Source: Candidatus Fraserbacteria bacterium (lineage in GTDB: Bacteria; Bipolaricaulota; Bipolaricaulia; RBG-16-55-9; DRXL01). From it: 64,000 bases of DNA. Shown in pieces: positions 1-8,575 of this stretch; the stretch's first letter is position 1; each line of letters starts with the position of its first letter. The notes below the pieces were generated by a model. That model saw only the letters and a list, made by a program, of their open reading frames with translations, was not told the DNA's origin and ran no database searches. Made by a program: the position numbers and the translations under genes. Where the stretch lies: the NCBI GenBank assembly GCA_947085185.1, contig CAMTVK010000002.1:96001-160000 (forward strand). Direction: 5' to 3'.

Positions 1-2
1 TG

Positions 3-749
3 ATCCATTGTGGGAGCCGCGGCTATGGGCACCAGATCTGTACTGATTATCTGAGATTGATCGAGAGGGAGCATCGCGATCTGTTGCAATCATTGCCCGA
101 TCGTCAGCTTGCCTGCGCGCCGGTGCACAGCAAGGTCGCACAGGACTATTACGCCGCTATGAACTGCGCCATTAACTTCGCATGGTGCAACAGACAGCTC
201 ATCATGCACAAGGCGCGGGAGTGCTTTGAGCGGGTCTTTCGTGCGAGCTGGCGCGAGCTTGGGATGTCTTTGCTCTATGATGTCGCGCACAATATTGGCA
301 AGCGCGAAACTCATAGAATCAACGGGCAAGAGATCGAGGTCTATGTCCATCGCAAGGGGGCGACCAGAGCGTTTCCCGCAGGGCGTCGGGAGGTCCCCGA
401 GGCGTTCCGTCGGGTTGGGCAGCCCATCATCATTCCGGGATCGATGGGCACGGGCAGCTATATTCTAGTAGGCACGGAGATTGCGATGCGCGAGACGTTT
501 GGGAGCACGGCGCACGGAGCTGGTCGCGTGATGAGCCGCGCCAAAGCCACCAAGCAATATCGGGCAGACCATCTCGTCAGCGAGCTGCGCGAGCGCGGCA
601 TTTACGTTCGTGGGCAGAGCCGCGCCACGATCGCCGAAGAAGCTCCCGGGGCGTATAAAGACTTAGACGAAGTCGTCCGCGTCTCGCACGAAGTGGGGAT
701 CGGCAGAAAAGTCGCCAAACTCGCACCGGTGTGCAATATTAAGGGGTGA
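3..749 (+). CDS. rtcB: RtcB RNA ligase (3' part; 5' end lies outside the window)
   Basis: The frame is open from base 3. Motifs IHCGSRGYGHQ, DVAHN, VHRKGATRA, IPGSMG, STAHGAGR and EEAPGAYK are present. Confidence 0.95.
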   Translation: MHCGSRGYGHQICTDYLRLIEREHRDLLQSLPDRQLACAPVHSKVAQDYYAAMNCAINFAWCNRQLIMHKARECFERVFRASWRELGMSLLYDVAHNIGKRETHRINGQEIEVYVHRKGATRAFPAGRREVPEAFRRVGQPIIIPGSMGTGSYILVGTEIAMRETFGSTAHGAGRVMSRAKATKQYRADHLVSELRERGIYVRGQSRATIAEEAPGAYKDLDEVVRVSHEVGIGRKVAKLAPVCNIKG

Positions 750-758
750 ACTCCCGTC

Positions 759-794
759 CCGTGGGTCGAGTGCGTCGCGCAGCCCGTCGCCAAG
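759..794 (-). pseudogene. Relic of a second DppC/OppC C-terminus (LGDGLRDALDPR)
   Basis: These intergenic 36 nt encode the same 12 residues as the end of the adjacent dppC, with synonymous codon differences. There is an exact 20-bp repeat at 772-791 and 858-877. Confidence 0.75.
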
Positions 795-829
795 GGCTTG
801 TCGAAGCGTAAATACTGTGGGGGCTGTTG

Positions 830-1723
830 TTAGCGCCCCTTCAGACGGGGATCTAACGCGTCGCGCAGCCCGTCGCCCAAGAGATTAAAGCCCAGCACGG
901 CCAGCATAATAGCCAAACCCGGAAAGGTCGCGACATGCGGGGCAATTCTCAAATAATCGCGTCCTGTGCTGAGCATCACACCCCATTCGGGTATGGGGGG
1001 CTTGGCCCCCAGCCCCAAGAAGCCCAAGCCCGCCGCAAATAAGATGGCCGTAGCGATTTGAAGCGTGGACTGCACGATGATGGGGGCTAAGCAATTGGGC
1101 AGTATATGCCGGAAGATGATGCGTAGATCACCGAACCCCAGTGCTTTAGCCGCCAAGATGTAGTCCATCTCTTTGATAGAGAGCACCGAGCCGCGCACCA
1201 GCCGCGCATAAGTGGGAATCGAGGCCACCCCAATGGCCACCATGACGTTGGCCAGCCCCACCCCTAAGATACTGATCAGCACAATAGCCAAAAGCAGCCC
1301 AGGAAAGGCGAGCATCACGTCAATGACCCGCTGGATGAAGATGTCTAAACGGCCGTAATAGCCGGAGATGGCGCCTACGGGGACGCCCAAGAGCACGCCG
1401 ATGCCGACGGCGATAATTCCGATCCACAGTGAGATTCTGGCGCCATATATGATGCGACTGAGTATATCACGGCCCAGCTCATCGCGCCCCAGCGGGCTCT
1501 CTTTGGATGGGCCCTGCAAGGCTTTAGCAAAATCCGGCCGCAAGGGATCATAAGGTGCGATCCAGGGCGCCAGCAAACCCACCAGCACAAAGATGGCAAC
1601 GATGCCCAAGCCCACCAGAGCCCAAGGATTTCTGCGCAGGCGTTGCCAGGCGGTGGCCCCAAAACGCCCAATTGAAGGCTCTTTGATTGCTTCTTTGGGG
1701 ATCGGCACCGTCTTGTTAATCAT
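830..1723 (-). CDS. Peptide/nickel ABC transporter permease (DppC/OppC family)
   Basis: PLGRDELGRDILSRIIYGARISL, an EAA-type loop, RHILPN and C-terminal GDGLRDALDP. Confidence 0.95.
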   Translation of the reverse strand: MINKTVPIPKEAIKEPSIGRFGATAWQRLRRNPWALVGLGIVAIFVLVGLLAPWIAPYDPLRPDFAKALQGPSKESPLGRDELGRDILSRIIYGARISLWIGIIAVGIGVLLGVPVGAISGYYGRLDIFIQRVIDVMLAFPGLLLAIVLISILGVGLANVMVAIGVASIPTYARLVRGSVLSIKEMDYILAAKALGFGDLRIIFRHILPNCLAPIIVQSTLQIATAILFAAGLGFLGLGAKPPIPEWGVMLSTGRDYLRIAPHVATFPGLAIMLAVLGFNLLGDGLRDALDPRLKGR

Positions 1724-2654
1724 AGTGGATGCGTGGATCTATATAGGCGTAGAGCAGATCGACGAGCAGATTCACCAAAACGAATGATACCGCCACGACT
1801 AAAATGGCTCCTTGAACGATAGGGTAGTCTCTTGTCAAAATCCCCTCCTCGACGATGAGGCGCCCGACCCCCGGCCAGGCGAAGACGGTTTCGGTGAGCA
1901 CGGCCCCGCTCAAAAGCGCCCCAAACTGCAGCCCAAAGACGGTCAGCACGGGGATGAGCGCATTTTTGAGTGCGTGCTTGTACGTGACCACCCACTCCTG
2001 CAGGCCCTTGGCACGGGCCGTCATGATATATTCTGAGCGCAGCACTTCGAGCATGGTGGAGCGGGTCATGCGGGCGATGATCGCCGCGGAAGAAGTCCCC
2101 AAAGTAATAGCGGGCAAGACCAGATGCAGGAGCGTGCCACGCCCCGTAGCGGGAAAGCCCCAGCCGATCCACTGCTGCAGCATCAATGCAAAAACCCACA
2201 TGAGCATGAGCCCCTGCCAGAACACCGGCATCGAGACACCAAAAAGCGCGCCCACCATGCTCACGCCGTCCACAAAAGAGTAAGGGCGAACCGAAGAAAT
2301 AATTCCCGCTACGAGCCCGATGAGCGTGGCCACGAGCATGGCCGCCAGCGTCAGCTCGATGGTATTACGAAAGCGCTCTAAGACCTTGGGGGCTACGGGA
2401 TCGTTCGTCTTGATGGAGCGCCCCAAGTCACCGCGCAGCAGGTCTTCCATAAAAATAATATATTGGGCCCAGAAGGGCTTATCTAAGCCAAGCGCTCGGC
2501 GGATGCTTTCGAGTTGTTCTTTCGTGGCCGCCTCGCCCGCGATCACAATGGCGGGATCGCCCGGCTGCAGACGAACCACCGCAAAGATCAGGAACGTCAC
2601 GCCCAAAAGCGTGGGGATGGCCAGCAATAAGCGTCGAACAATATAGCTGAGCAT
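1716..2654 (-). CDS. Peptide/nickel ABC transporter permease (DppB/OppB family)
   Basis: YIVRRLL, PGDPA, GDLGRS, TARAKGL, HALKNALIP, ETVFAWPGVG and YAYIDPRI. Confidence 0.95.
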   Translation of the reverse strand: MLSYIVRRLLLAIPTLLGVTFLIFAVVRLQPGDPAIVIAGEAATKEQLESIRRALGLDKPFWAQYIIFMEDLLRGDLGRSIKTNDPVAPKVLERFRNTIELTLAAMLVATLIGLVAGIISSVRPYSFVDGVSMVGALFGVSMPVFWQGLMLMWVFALMLQQWIGWGFPATGRGTLLHLVLPAITLGTSSAAIIARMTRSTMLEVLRSEYIMTARAKGLQEWVVTYKHALKNALIPVLTVFGLQFGALLSGAVLTETVFAWPGVGRLIVEEGILTRDYPIVQGAILVVAVSFVLVNLLVDLLYAYIDPRIHYD

Positions 2655-2676
2655 TCTGCTTTATTATACAACAAGG

Positions 2677-2706
2677 GAGCCCCGGTGCTTAACGAGCCCG
2701 GGGCTC
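2677..2706 (-). terminator. Stem-loop between the SBP gene and the permease genes
   Basis: 9-bp inverted repeat GAGCCCCGG / CCGGGGCTC just downstream of the SBP stop codon. Confidence 0.55.
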
Positions 2707-2735
2707 TTCGCTATTCCGTCCGTATTGTGTAGACT

Positions 2736-4688
2736 CTACTCAAGCCAGGCCTTCCAGGCGATGACCCGCTCGGTGACGTGCACCTCTACTCCCTTGGCGA
2801 CCTTGCGGATGCCCGTAATTTGACTTTCGCTGTGCAAGAAGAGCCAAGGCGCGTCGTCCCAGATCAGCTTCTGGGCTTCGGCATAGAGCCTCTTGCGAGT
2901 CGCGGGATCGGCAGTCGCACGCGCCTCATCGAGTAACTTATCTACAGCTTCATTCTTGTAGTAGCCGCGGTTAAACGGCCCCGGTGGCCACTGTGAGGAG
3001 TGGAACAATGCGTAGAGCCCGTAGTCGGCGTCTACCGTCACGGTGCCCCAGCCCAACAGATACATCTGATGCTCCGCTTCGCTGGGGGCCTTGTTGATGA
3101 AGGCCAGATAAGCCACGAATTCCATGGGCGTCAGCTCCACATCGAAGCCGCAGGTGCCCAACATGGCTTGAACCGCTTGGGCGATCTGGACGTCACGGAC
3201 ATAGCGGCCGCGCGGGGTGTGGAGCTTGAGCTTCAAGGGTGTCTTGACGCCCGCCTCGCGCAGCAGCGCAGCTGACTTGGCGGGGTCGAAGGGATAAGGC
3301 CCGACTTTGCTATAGCCGAAGACCTGCGGCACAATCGGCGCATCAGATACCCGAGCTTGGCCGCCCAGAATCGTCTTGACGATGGCATCTTTGTCCACAC
3401 AGTAGTTAACGGCTTGGCGGACGCGCTTGTCAGCCAGTGGATTGGGTGCGCCCCCTTCTTTATCGGGGATTCTTGGGCGGTTGTTCATCCCGATATAGAT
3501 TGTGCGCACGCTGGTAGTGAAGTCGAGTGTGATATTGGGGTCCCCTTGCAATCGCGGTACATCTAGGGGCGGCACGCGCACGGCCACATGCACCGTGCCC
3601 TTCTCCAGCTCGATCATACGCGCAGCATCATCGGGGATGACCCGCCACTCCAGCTCGTCGAGATACGGTAGGGAACGCCCCGCTGCGTCCTTGTCCCAGT
3701 AGTTGGGGTTCTTAACCAAATTGAGGCGCTCCAGCTTCTTCCACTCCTTGAGCATAAAGGGGCCGGTGCCATCGGGCTTGTCTTCTAAGCCTCGGCCACA
3801 CGGCGGTAATGCGGCGATGGCCTCGCGCAGGCGCTTGGCGCTGGTGATGCCGATCGAGCTGTGCGTTAAGTGTGCCAGAAGGGGTGCAAACGGCGTGAGC
3901 ACGCTGATCTTCACCGTAGAAGCGTCCACCACTTCCACCCCGCTCTTGTAGCCCGACAGATTCGTCTTTGCCACGGCCTCCACGAGCCCGCTGCCGTCGC
4001 TGTCCTTGGCATTGGCTACTGCTACTAAAGCGCTCGCGGCCTTATCGTCCGTCACCGCCTTAACGACATCTGCGGCTTTGGTGGTCCCAGCTACGAACTC
4101 AACGGTGATAGCTGTTCCCGTCACGGAGACTCTTAAGGCCGGACCGGCCTTGAGCTCGACGGAGATCGTATTGCCGTCGGCTCCGATGAGCTTCGCCGTC
4201 CAGACGATGGCGTTCTTTTTAGCTATGTCTCCCGTCGTCAGCGAAGCGGCGACATATGGGACACGTCCCAGCAAGACGGCGCGGAAGGGCGCCGCGCAGG
4301 CGGGGTTGAGGATCCGCTCCAGACTCAATTTGACGGACTCGGCGTCGAGAGCGGCGCCGCTGTGGAACTTAACACCCTTGCGCAGCTTCAGCGTCAACGA
4401 TAGGCCGTCTTTCGAGAACTCCCAGGACTCCGCCAGCCGCCCTACCACCTCGGTCTTTATCTCCCCCGTCCTCGGGTCATCAGCGATCTCCATACGAACG
4501 AGGGTCTCGGTGATGTGCTCGGAGATGGCTGCTGTAGGTGAGGCTGTGAAGGCAATGACATCTAATGATTCGGCATCCGTGCCTTGAGCGATCACCAACT
4601 TACCGCCGACCTTCTGAGCTTCCGCCTCGATGGCCATGCCCCATATAAAAGCCAGCACAGCCACCCACACCATCCACTTCTTAGGCAT
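2736..4688 (-). CDS. Family 5 extracellular solute-binding protein (DppA/GsiB-like) carrying an internal inserted domain
   Basis: Signal peptide, LAESWEFSKDG, LRKGVKFHSG, GTGPFMLKEW, NPNYW, DKRVRQAVNY and AQKLIWDDAP. About 105 extra residues follow RAVLLGR. Confidence 0.92.
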   Translation of the reverse strand: MPKKWMVWVAVLAFIWGMAIEAEAQKVGGKLVIAQGTDAESLDVIAFTASPTAAISEHITETLVRMEIADDPRTGEIKTEVVGRLAESWEFSKDGLSLTLKLRKGVKFHSGAALDAESVKLSLERILNPACAAPFRAVLLGRVPYVAASLTTGDIAKKNAIVWTAKLIGADGNTISVELKAGPALRVSVTGTAITVEFVAGTTKAADVVKAVTDDKAASALVAVANAKDSDGSGLVEAVAKTNLSGYKSGVEVVDASTVKISVLTPFAPLLAHLTHSSIGITSAKRLREAIAALPPCGRGLEDKPDGTGPFMLKEWKKLERLNLVKNPNYWDKDAAGRSLPYLDELEWRVIPDDAARMIELEKGTVHVAVRVPPLDVPRLQGDPNITLDFTTSVRTIYIGMNNRPRIPDKEGGAPNPLADKRVRQAVNYCVDKDAIVKTILGGQARVSDAPIVPQVFGYSKVGPYPFDPAKSAALLREAGVKTPLKLKLHTPRGRYVRDVQIAQAVQAMLGTCGFDVELTPMEFVAYLAFINKAPSEAEHQMYLLGWGTVTVDADYGLYALFHSSQWPPGPFNRGYYKNEAVDKLLDEARATADPATRKRLYAEAQKLIWDDAPWLFLHSESQITGIRKVAKGVEVHVTERVIAWKAWLE

Positions 4689-4769
4689 CTTGAATTCACC
4701 TCCCTAAATTTTCTGGGGCTTCCCCCAATAGCTTCTGTGCTCTCTTCCATTCACCTCCCTCTGGGCCGA

Positions 4770-4798
4770 AGTATAGTATAAGTCACCCTCAAAGTCAA
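4770..4798 (-). promoter_or_regulatory. Sigma70-type promoter of the SBP gene
   Basis: TTGACT-17-TATACT on the minus strand, with SD AGGGAGGTGA before the ATG. Confidence 0.6.
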
Positions 4799-4819
4799 GC
4801 GGATGAGAGGCGTGAGCCC

Positions 4820-6091
4820 TCAGGGCTTTTTGCTTATTAGCTCGCTTAAAAGCTTAGCCACCTCCGCAGGGCGATAGTCGGGATACTCGTGCTGCAGCCT
4901 CTTCAAGATGTCGATAGCCTTTGGGACTTGATCTTTCTGGGCATAGAGCCTAGCTAGGGTGTAAAGGGCTTGCAGGCCGTCTTCGCCCAACTTACCTTGG
5001 ACTCCCACTAGTCTTTGCTCGGCTTCTACGATCAGTTCATAGAGTTGGGTCGTCTCGGCGATCTTGAGTGCCGCCTTGAAATGTACCTTGGCGCTCTCGT
5101 AATCAGCCCGCCCTAAGTACGATTCGCCCAGCCCCTGAAGCGCCCTAAGTCTTTCTTCGGGGGCAAGTCTGTAAGCTAAAATCTTCTGATAGTGCTCAAT
5201 GGCCGCTTCAAAGACGTGCTGCTCTTGATAGAGCTCGGCAAGCTCGAATCGCGTGCTCACATCATCGGGCTCTAATTCTAATATTCTCTCCCCCAGCTGG
5301 CTCTTAAGCTGATATTGAGCCTGTGGTGCTACCGCCGGCCCCGCCGCCTTGAAGCCCTCACGATACTGCTGCAGGGCCTTTCCATTTTCGCCCCTCCTCA
5401 TATAGATCTCCCCCAGCCCCAGATGGGCTTCAGCTGCGGATGTGGTCTTAAGCGCCTCTGTGAAGATCTCTTCGGCCTCATTGAGCTTGTTTTGCGCTAG
5501 ATAAGTATTGCCCAGCTTGATTTGCACATAGGGCGTTGCCACTTGGGCTAGAGCATCCCGATAATAACTTTCTGCTTGAGCATAAGCGTTTTGAGCAAAG
5601 TGCACATCGCCCAAGGCCAGCAGCAGCTGGGGATCTTTGGGCTCTTTTTGGAGCAAGCTCTCATAAATCTCTTGGGCTTTGGCGAGATCGCCCTTCCCCT
5701 GATAGGCATTGCCCAAGCTCATTAAAAGGCTCTTCGTTTCGCGCTCGGGGGGCATCAGTGCCAGAGCCCTCTCGTAATAAATAACAGCTTCTTCATAGGC
5801 CTGATGAGCTAACACAATATCTGCGTATAGAATCAAGGCATCGAGGTGGTTGGGATCGAGCTCTAAGGCGCGCCAGAGATACCCGGCGGCGTCTAATACC
5901 TGCCCTTGCCGCCAGAGCGCTTCGGCTTGGTTATAGTAAGCTTGAGCGCTTGCCTTAACGGATTCCTGGAGTAGTGGAGCTGAGCCCTCTTTGCGCCGAG
6001 GCCCCAGAGCGAAGAGCAATGTCCCTATAGCTAGCATAACCCCCATAACGCCCACTAAGCTCAGATACTTGCGTTTTCTTATACCACACAT
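4820..6091 (-). CDS. Membrane-anchored tetratricopeptide repeat protein
   Basis: N-terminal hydrophobic helix followed by many TPR units (ALELDPNH, LGNAY, AHLGLGEIY). The start codon is uncertain (6091, 6103 or 6130). Confidence 0.85.
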   Translation of the reverse strand: MCGIRKRKYLSLVGVMGVMLAIGTLLFALGPRRKEGSAPLLQESVKASAQAYYNQAEALWRQGQVLDAAGYLWRALELDPNHLDALILYADIVLAHQAYEEAVIYYERALALMPPERETKSLLMSLGNAYQGKGDLAKAQEIYESLLQKEPKDPQLLLALGDVHFAQNAYAQAESYYRDALAQVATPYVQIKLGNTYLAQNKLNEAEEIFTEALKTTSAAEAHLGLGEIYMRRGENGKALQQYREGFKAAGPAVAPQAQYQLKSQLGERILELEPDDVSTRFELAELYQEQHVFEAAIEHYQKILAYRLAPEERLRALQGLGESYLGRADYESAKVHFKAALKIAETTQLYELIVEAEQRLVGVQGKLGEDGLQALYTLARLYAQKDQVPKAIDILKRLQHEYPDYRPAEVAKLLSELISKKP

Positions 6092-6159
6092 CTTGGCCCT
6101 CATTATAAGTCGGGAAGCTGGAGAAGACAAATATAAGTTATCTGCATTACCAACAGCTC

Positions 6160-6188
6160 TTGTCTTTCTGAATGTCAGGTGCTATAAT
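6160..6188 (+). promoter_or_regulatory. Sigma70-type promoter with extended -10
   Basis: TTGTCT-17-TATAAT, with TG at the extended -10 position. Confidence 0.65.
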
Positions 6189-6220
6189 GAGCCCATCTTG
6201 GCATACAGGAGGTGGCAACA

Positions 6221-6316
6221 GTGATCATCATTGATCCGGTGTTGGTGCTGCTCTTTGCGTTCTGGCTGGTCTTCCTTACAGCGCTGATCGTCTTCCTCGC
6301 AGGCTCTGGCAGCTAA
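6221..6316 (+). CDS. 31-aa single-pass membrane peptide (not in the ORF track)
   Basis: SD AGGAGGT, GTG start, MIIIDPVLVLLFAFWLVFLTALIVFLAGSGS. It is the first ORF after a consensus promoter. Confidence 0.7.
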   Translation: MIIIDPVLVLLFAFWLVFLTALIVFLAGSGS

Positions 6317-6328
6317 AGGAGAGAAACC

Positions 6329-6949
6329 GTGCGCAGACTATGGTTGTGCGCAGCAATGCTCGTCTTGGGCGTTGCGTTGCCTGCTTTGGGACAGAGTGCC
6401 ATTGAAGAGCTCGCCAAACAGCAGATCGCCCAGAAGACCGGGCTCGACCCCAAACTCTTAGCGACGCTCTTTGTCACCGACGGCGACAATCAATTTATCT
6501 TGGCGTTCGTCTACGTCACCGATCAGACGATGCAGAGCCAGCTCAAGGCGGAGCTCAAACAAGCGATCGCTCCCTATGTGAACAAGCGTGCGCTCTTGAC
6601 GCTGCTCGCTCCGGCGAAGGCGTCGTTCTTCGATCCGGCGCGTATTCACTTTGAGCAAGGGCAGGCGCGCTTTCTGCTCTCAGAGCAATCTCTTATAAGA
6701 GTCACTCCAGACTTTGGCGCAGGGAAGTTTGAGTCGGGCACGGTGAGCGCAGGGATCCTCTTGCTCAGCGATGGGCTTGATCTGAGTAAGCCGTTTCGGA
6801 TCTATTACGGCGCTCAGTCTACGGTCTTCTCGCTGACGGGGACACTGCCGGCACAGCCCAACCCGTTTGCTCAGCTACTCTTCCTCTTGCAATTTCTGTT
6901 CTTAAATATTCTGCTGCTCTTCTTGATCCCGTTCTTGTTGGGGCTGTAA
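6329..6949 (+). CDS. Hypothetical exported protein with C-terminal membrane anchor
   Basis: SD AAGGAG, Sec-type signal (ALPALG) and a hydrophobic C-terminal helix. Confidence 0.75.
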   Translation: MRRLWLCAAMLVLGVALPALGQSAIEELAKQQIAQKTGLDPKLLATLFVTDGDNQFILAFVYVTDQTMQSQLKAELKQAIAPYVNKRALLTLLAPAKASFFDPARIHFEQGQARFLLSEQSLIRVTPDFGAGKFESGTVSAGILLLSDGLDLSKPFRIYYGAQSTVFSLTGTLPAQPNPFAQLLFLLQFLFLNILLLFLIPFLLGL

Positions 6950-6995
6950 GCCGATCTGACATCTCGGGCAGGCTTTTCGCACCCTGTCCTTGTTT

Positions 6996-7181
6996 TCATG
7001 GAGGCGGCTGAGGCTGCTGTCTCCCCCGCAAGCGCCAGAGAAACCCCAAACCGATGCCAATGCTCGCTGTCCCTATGAGAGCGCCAAATTCTTCCCCTCG
7101 ATAGAAGAGCACAACGATAGCCCCCAAAAGAATAAGCGTCACCGCTCCTACAACGCGAAGACGACTCGTCAGCGTGCTCAT
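6996..7181 (-). CDS. Small two-helix membrane protein
   Basis: ATGA overlap with the upstream ATPase stop codon; two hydrophobic segments. Confidence 0.6.
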   Translation of the reverse strand: MSTLTSRLRVVGAVTLILLGAIVVLFYRGEEFGALIGTASIGIGLGFLWRLRGRQQPQPPP

Positions 7182-8575
7182 CGCTGTTCCTTGGGTGGGC
7201 CGTCATAGACGAGCCGCCCGCCCTCAAGCCTCCAGAGTCGGGTGCCAGAGAACTCTTCCGAAGAAGATACTAAGAGAATCGTCGTCCCTTGCCGGTGCAG
7301 CTCCCGCAGCAACGTCAGAATCTCGCTCTGCCCGAGAGGATCGAGCGCAGAGAGCGCCTCATCGAGAATGAGCACACGAGGCTGCAGGGCCAGCATGGCC
7401 GCAATGGCCAAGCGCACTTGCTCGCCCACGCTCAACCGATGCGATGGCTGCGCAGAAAATCGCTCCCAGTCCAACCCGACGGCTGCGCAGGCCCACCGCG
7501 CGCGCTGTTCCCCTTCACGAAGACCGATCCCTTGAACAGCTAACCCCAGAAAGAGCTCTTCTCGGACGCTCTCCCCTAAGAGCTGCTGATGCGGTTCTTG
7601 GAAGACTAATCCGACACAGCGCACGCGCTCGCTCGCCCTCAAAGTGTTTATAGGGGTATCGTTCCATAGGACGCACCCAGAAGTCGGCTGCGCCAAGCCC
7701 GCAAGAAGCTCGACCAACGTCGATTTCCCTGAGCCCTCCGGCCCGGTGATGACGATAAATTCTTCTGCGGTCACGTCAGCCGAAAAATTTTTTAAGACGG
7801 GGGCAGTGTCATAAGCGAAGGCCAAGTCGCGCACTTGGAGACAAAAAGTGATAGGGGAACTCCCCTTCCCGAAGGGGCCTGGGGTTAGGGGGGCTGGGGA
7901 TGAGGGTAAGAGAGAGGGGAAGGCTATCGCTCGGCCATGCTCCAGCCGTATCACCCGATCGGCATAGCCCTCCCAGAACTCCCTGTGTGAGATGATGAGC
8001 ACTCCCTTGTGCTGCGCGCGCAGGTCTTGTACCAGAGAGAGCAGGAGTGTCAGACCCTCACGGTCGGCCGTTCGGTCTGGCTCGTCGAGAATATAATACT
8101 CTGGGTCCATGGCGAGCAAGCCCGCCAGGGCGACGCGCTGGCGCTCCGCTGGGGTGAGCGCTTCGATAGGGCTGAGAGCTTTTGCGCGCAGCCCCACGCG
8201 CTCAAGCGCTTCCCATGAGCGCTTCTGGATATCTTCTGAGGGGAGCGCGAGATTCTCTAACCCAAACGCTACGTCTTCTAAAGGCGTCTGCGCGATGATC
8301 TGCTCGTGGCTCTCTTGGAAGAGCAGCCCCACGCGGCGCCGGATCTCGCGCACATCGCGATCTGTTCGGAGCCCGTCCACCGTGATTGTGCCCTCCGTAG
8401 GGATGAGCAAGCCCGCTATATAGCGCGCGAGGGTCGTCTTGCCGGAGCCGTTGCGCCCCATCAGTAAGACGATCTCGCCCCGCTCCAGCGTGAGATCAAT
8501 CCCATCAAAGAGCACGTCGTCAGGGCGCGAACCAGACGAGGACAGGCGATGGACGAGCCCGCGCACTGCGATCAT
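7178..8575 (-). CDS. Duplicated ECF-type ABC ATPase (fused A-A'), degenerate motifs
   Basis: Two Walker A motifs (GRNGSGKTT, GPEGSGKST), Q-loops GLLFQ and GLVFQ, EDVAFGLENL, and two ILDE. The likely start is MIAVRG at 8575. Confidence 0.8.
   Translation of the reverse strand: MIAVRGLVHRLSSSGSRPDDVLFDGIDLTLERGEIVLLMGRNGSGKTTLARYIAGLLIPTEGTITVDGLRTDRDVREIRRRVGLLFQESHEQIIAQTPLEDVAFGLENLALPSEDIQKRSWEALERVGLRAKALSPIEALTPAERQRVALAGLLAMDPEYYILDEPDRTADREGLTLLLSLVQDLRAQHKGVLIISHREFWEGYADRVIRLEHGRAIAFPSLLPSSPAPLTPGPFGKGSSPITFCLQVRDLAFAYDTAPVLKNFSADVTAEEFIVITGPEGSGKSTLVELLAGLAQPTSGCVLWNDTPINTLRASERVRCVGLVFQEPHQQLLGESVREELFLGLAVQGIGLREGEQRARWACAAVGLDWERFSAQPSHRLSVGEQVRLAIAAMLALQPRVLILDEALSALDPLGQSEILTLLRELHRQGTTILLVSSSEEFSGTRLWRLEGGRLVYDGPPKEQR

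Noticed and set aside
4695..4760. Direct repeat TTCACCTCCCT as a possible leader peptide or sRNA
   Set aside because: One copy is simply the SD of the SBP gene. The other abuts an ATG with no spacing, so translation from it is unlikely.
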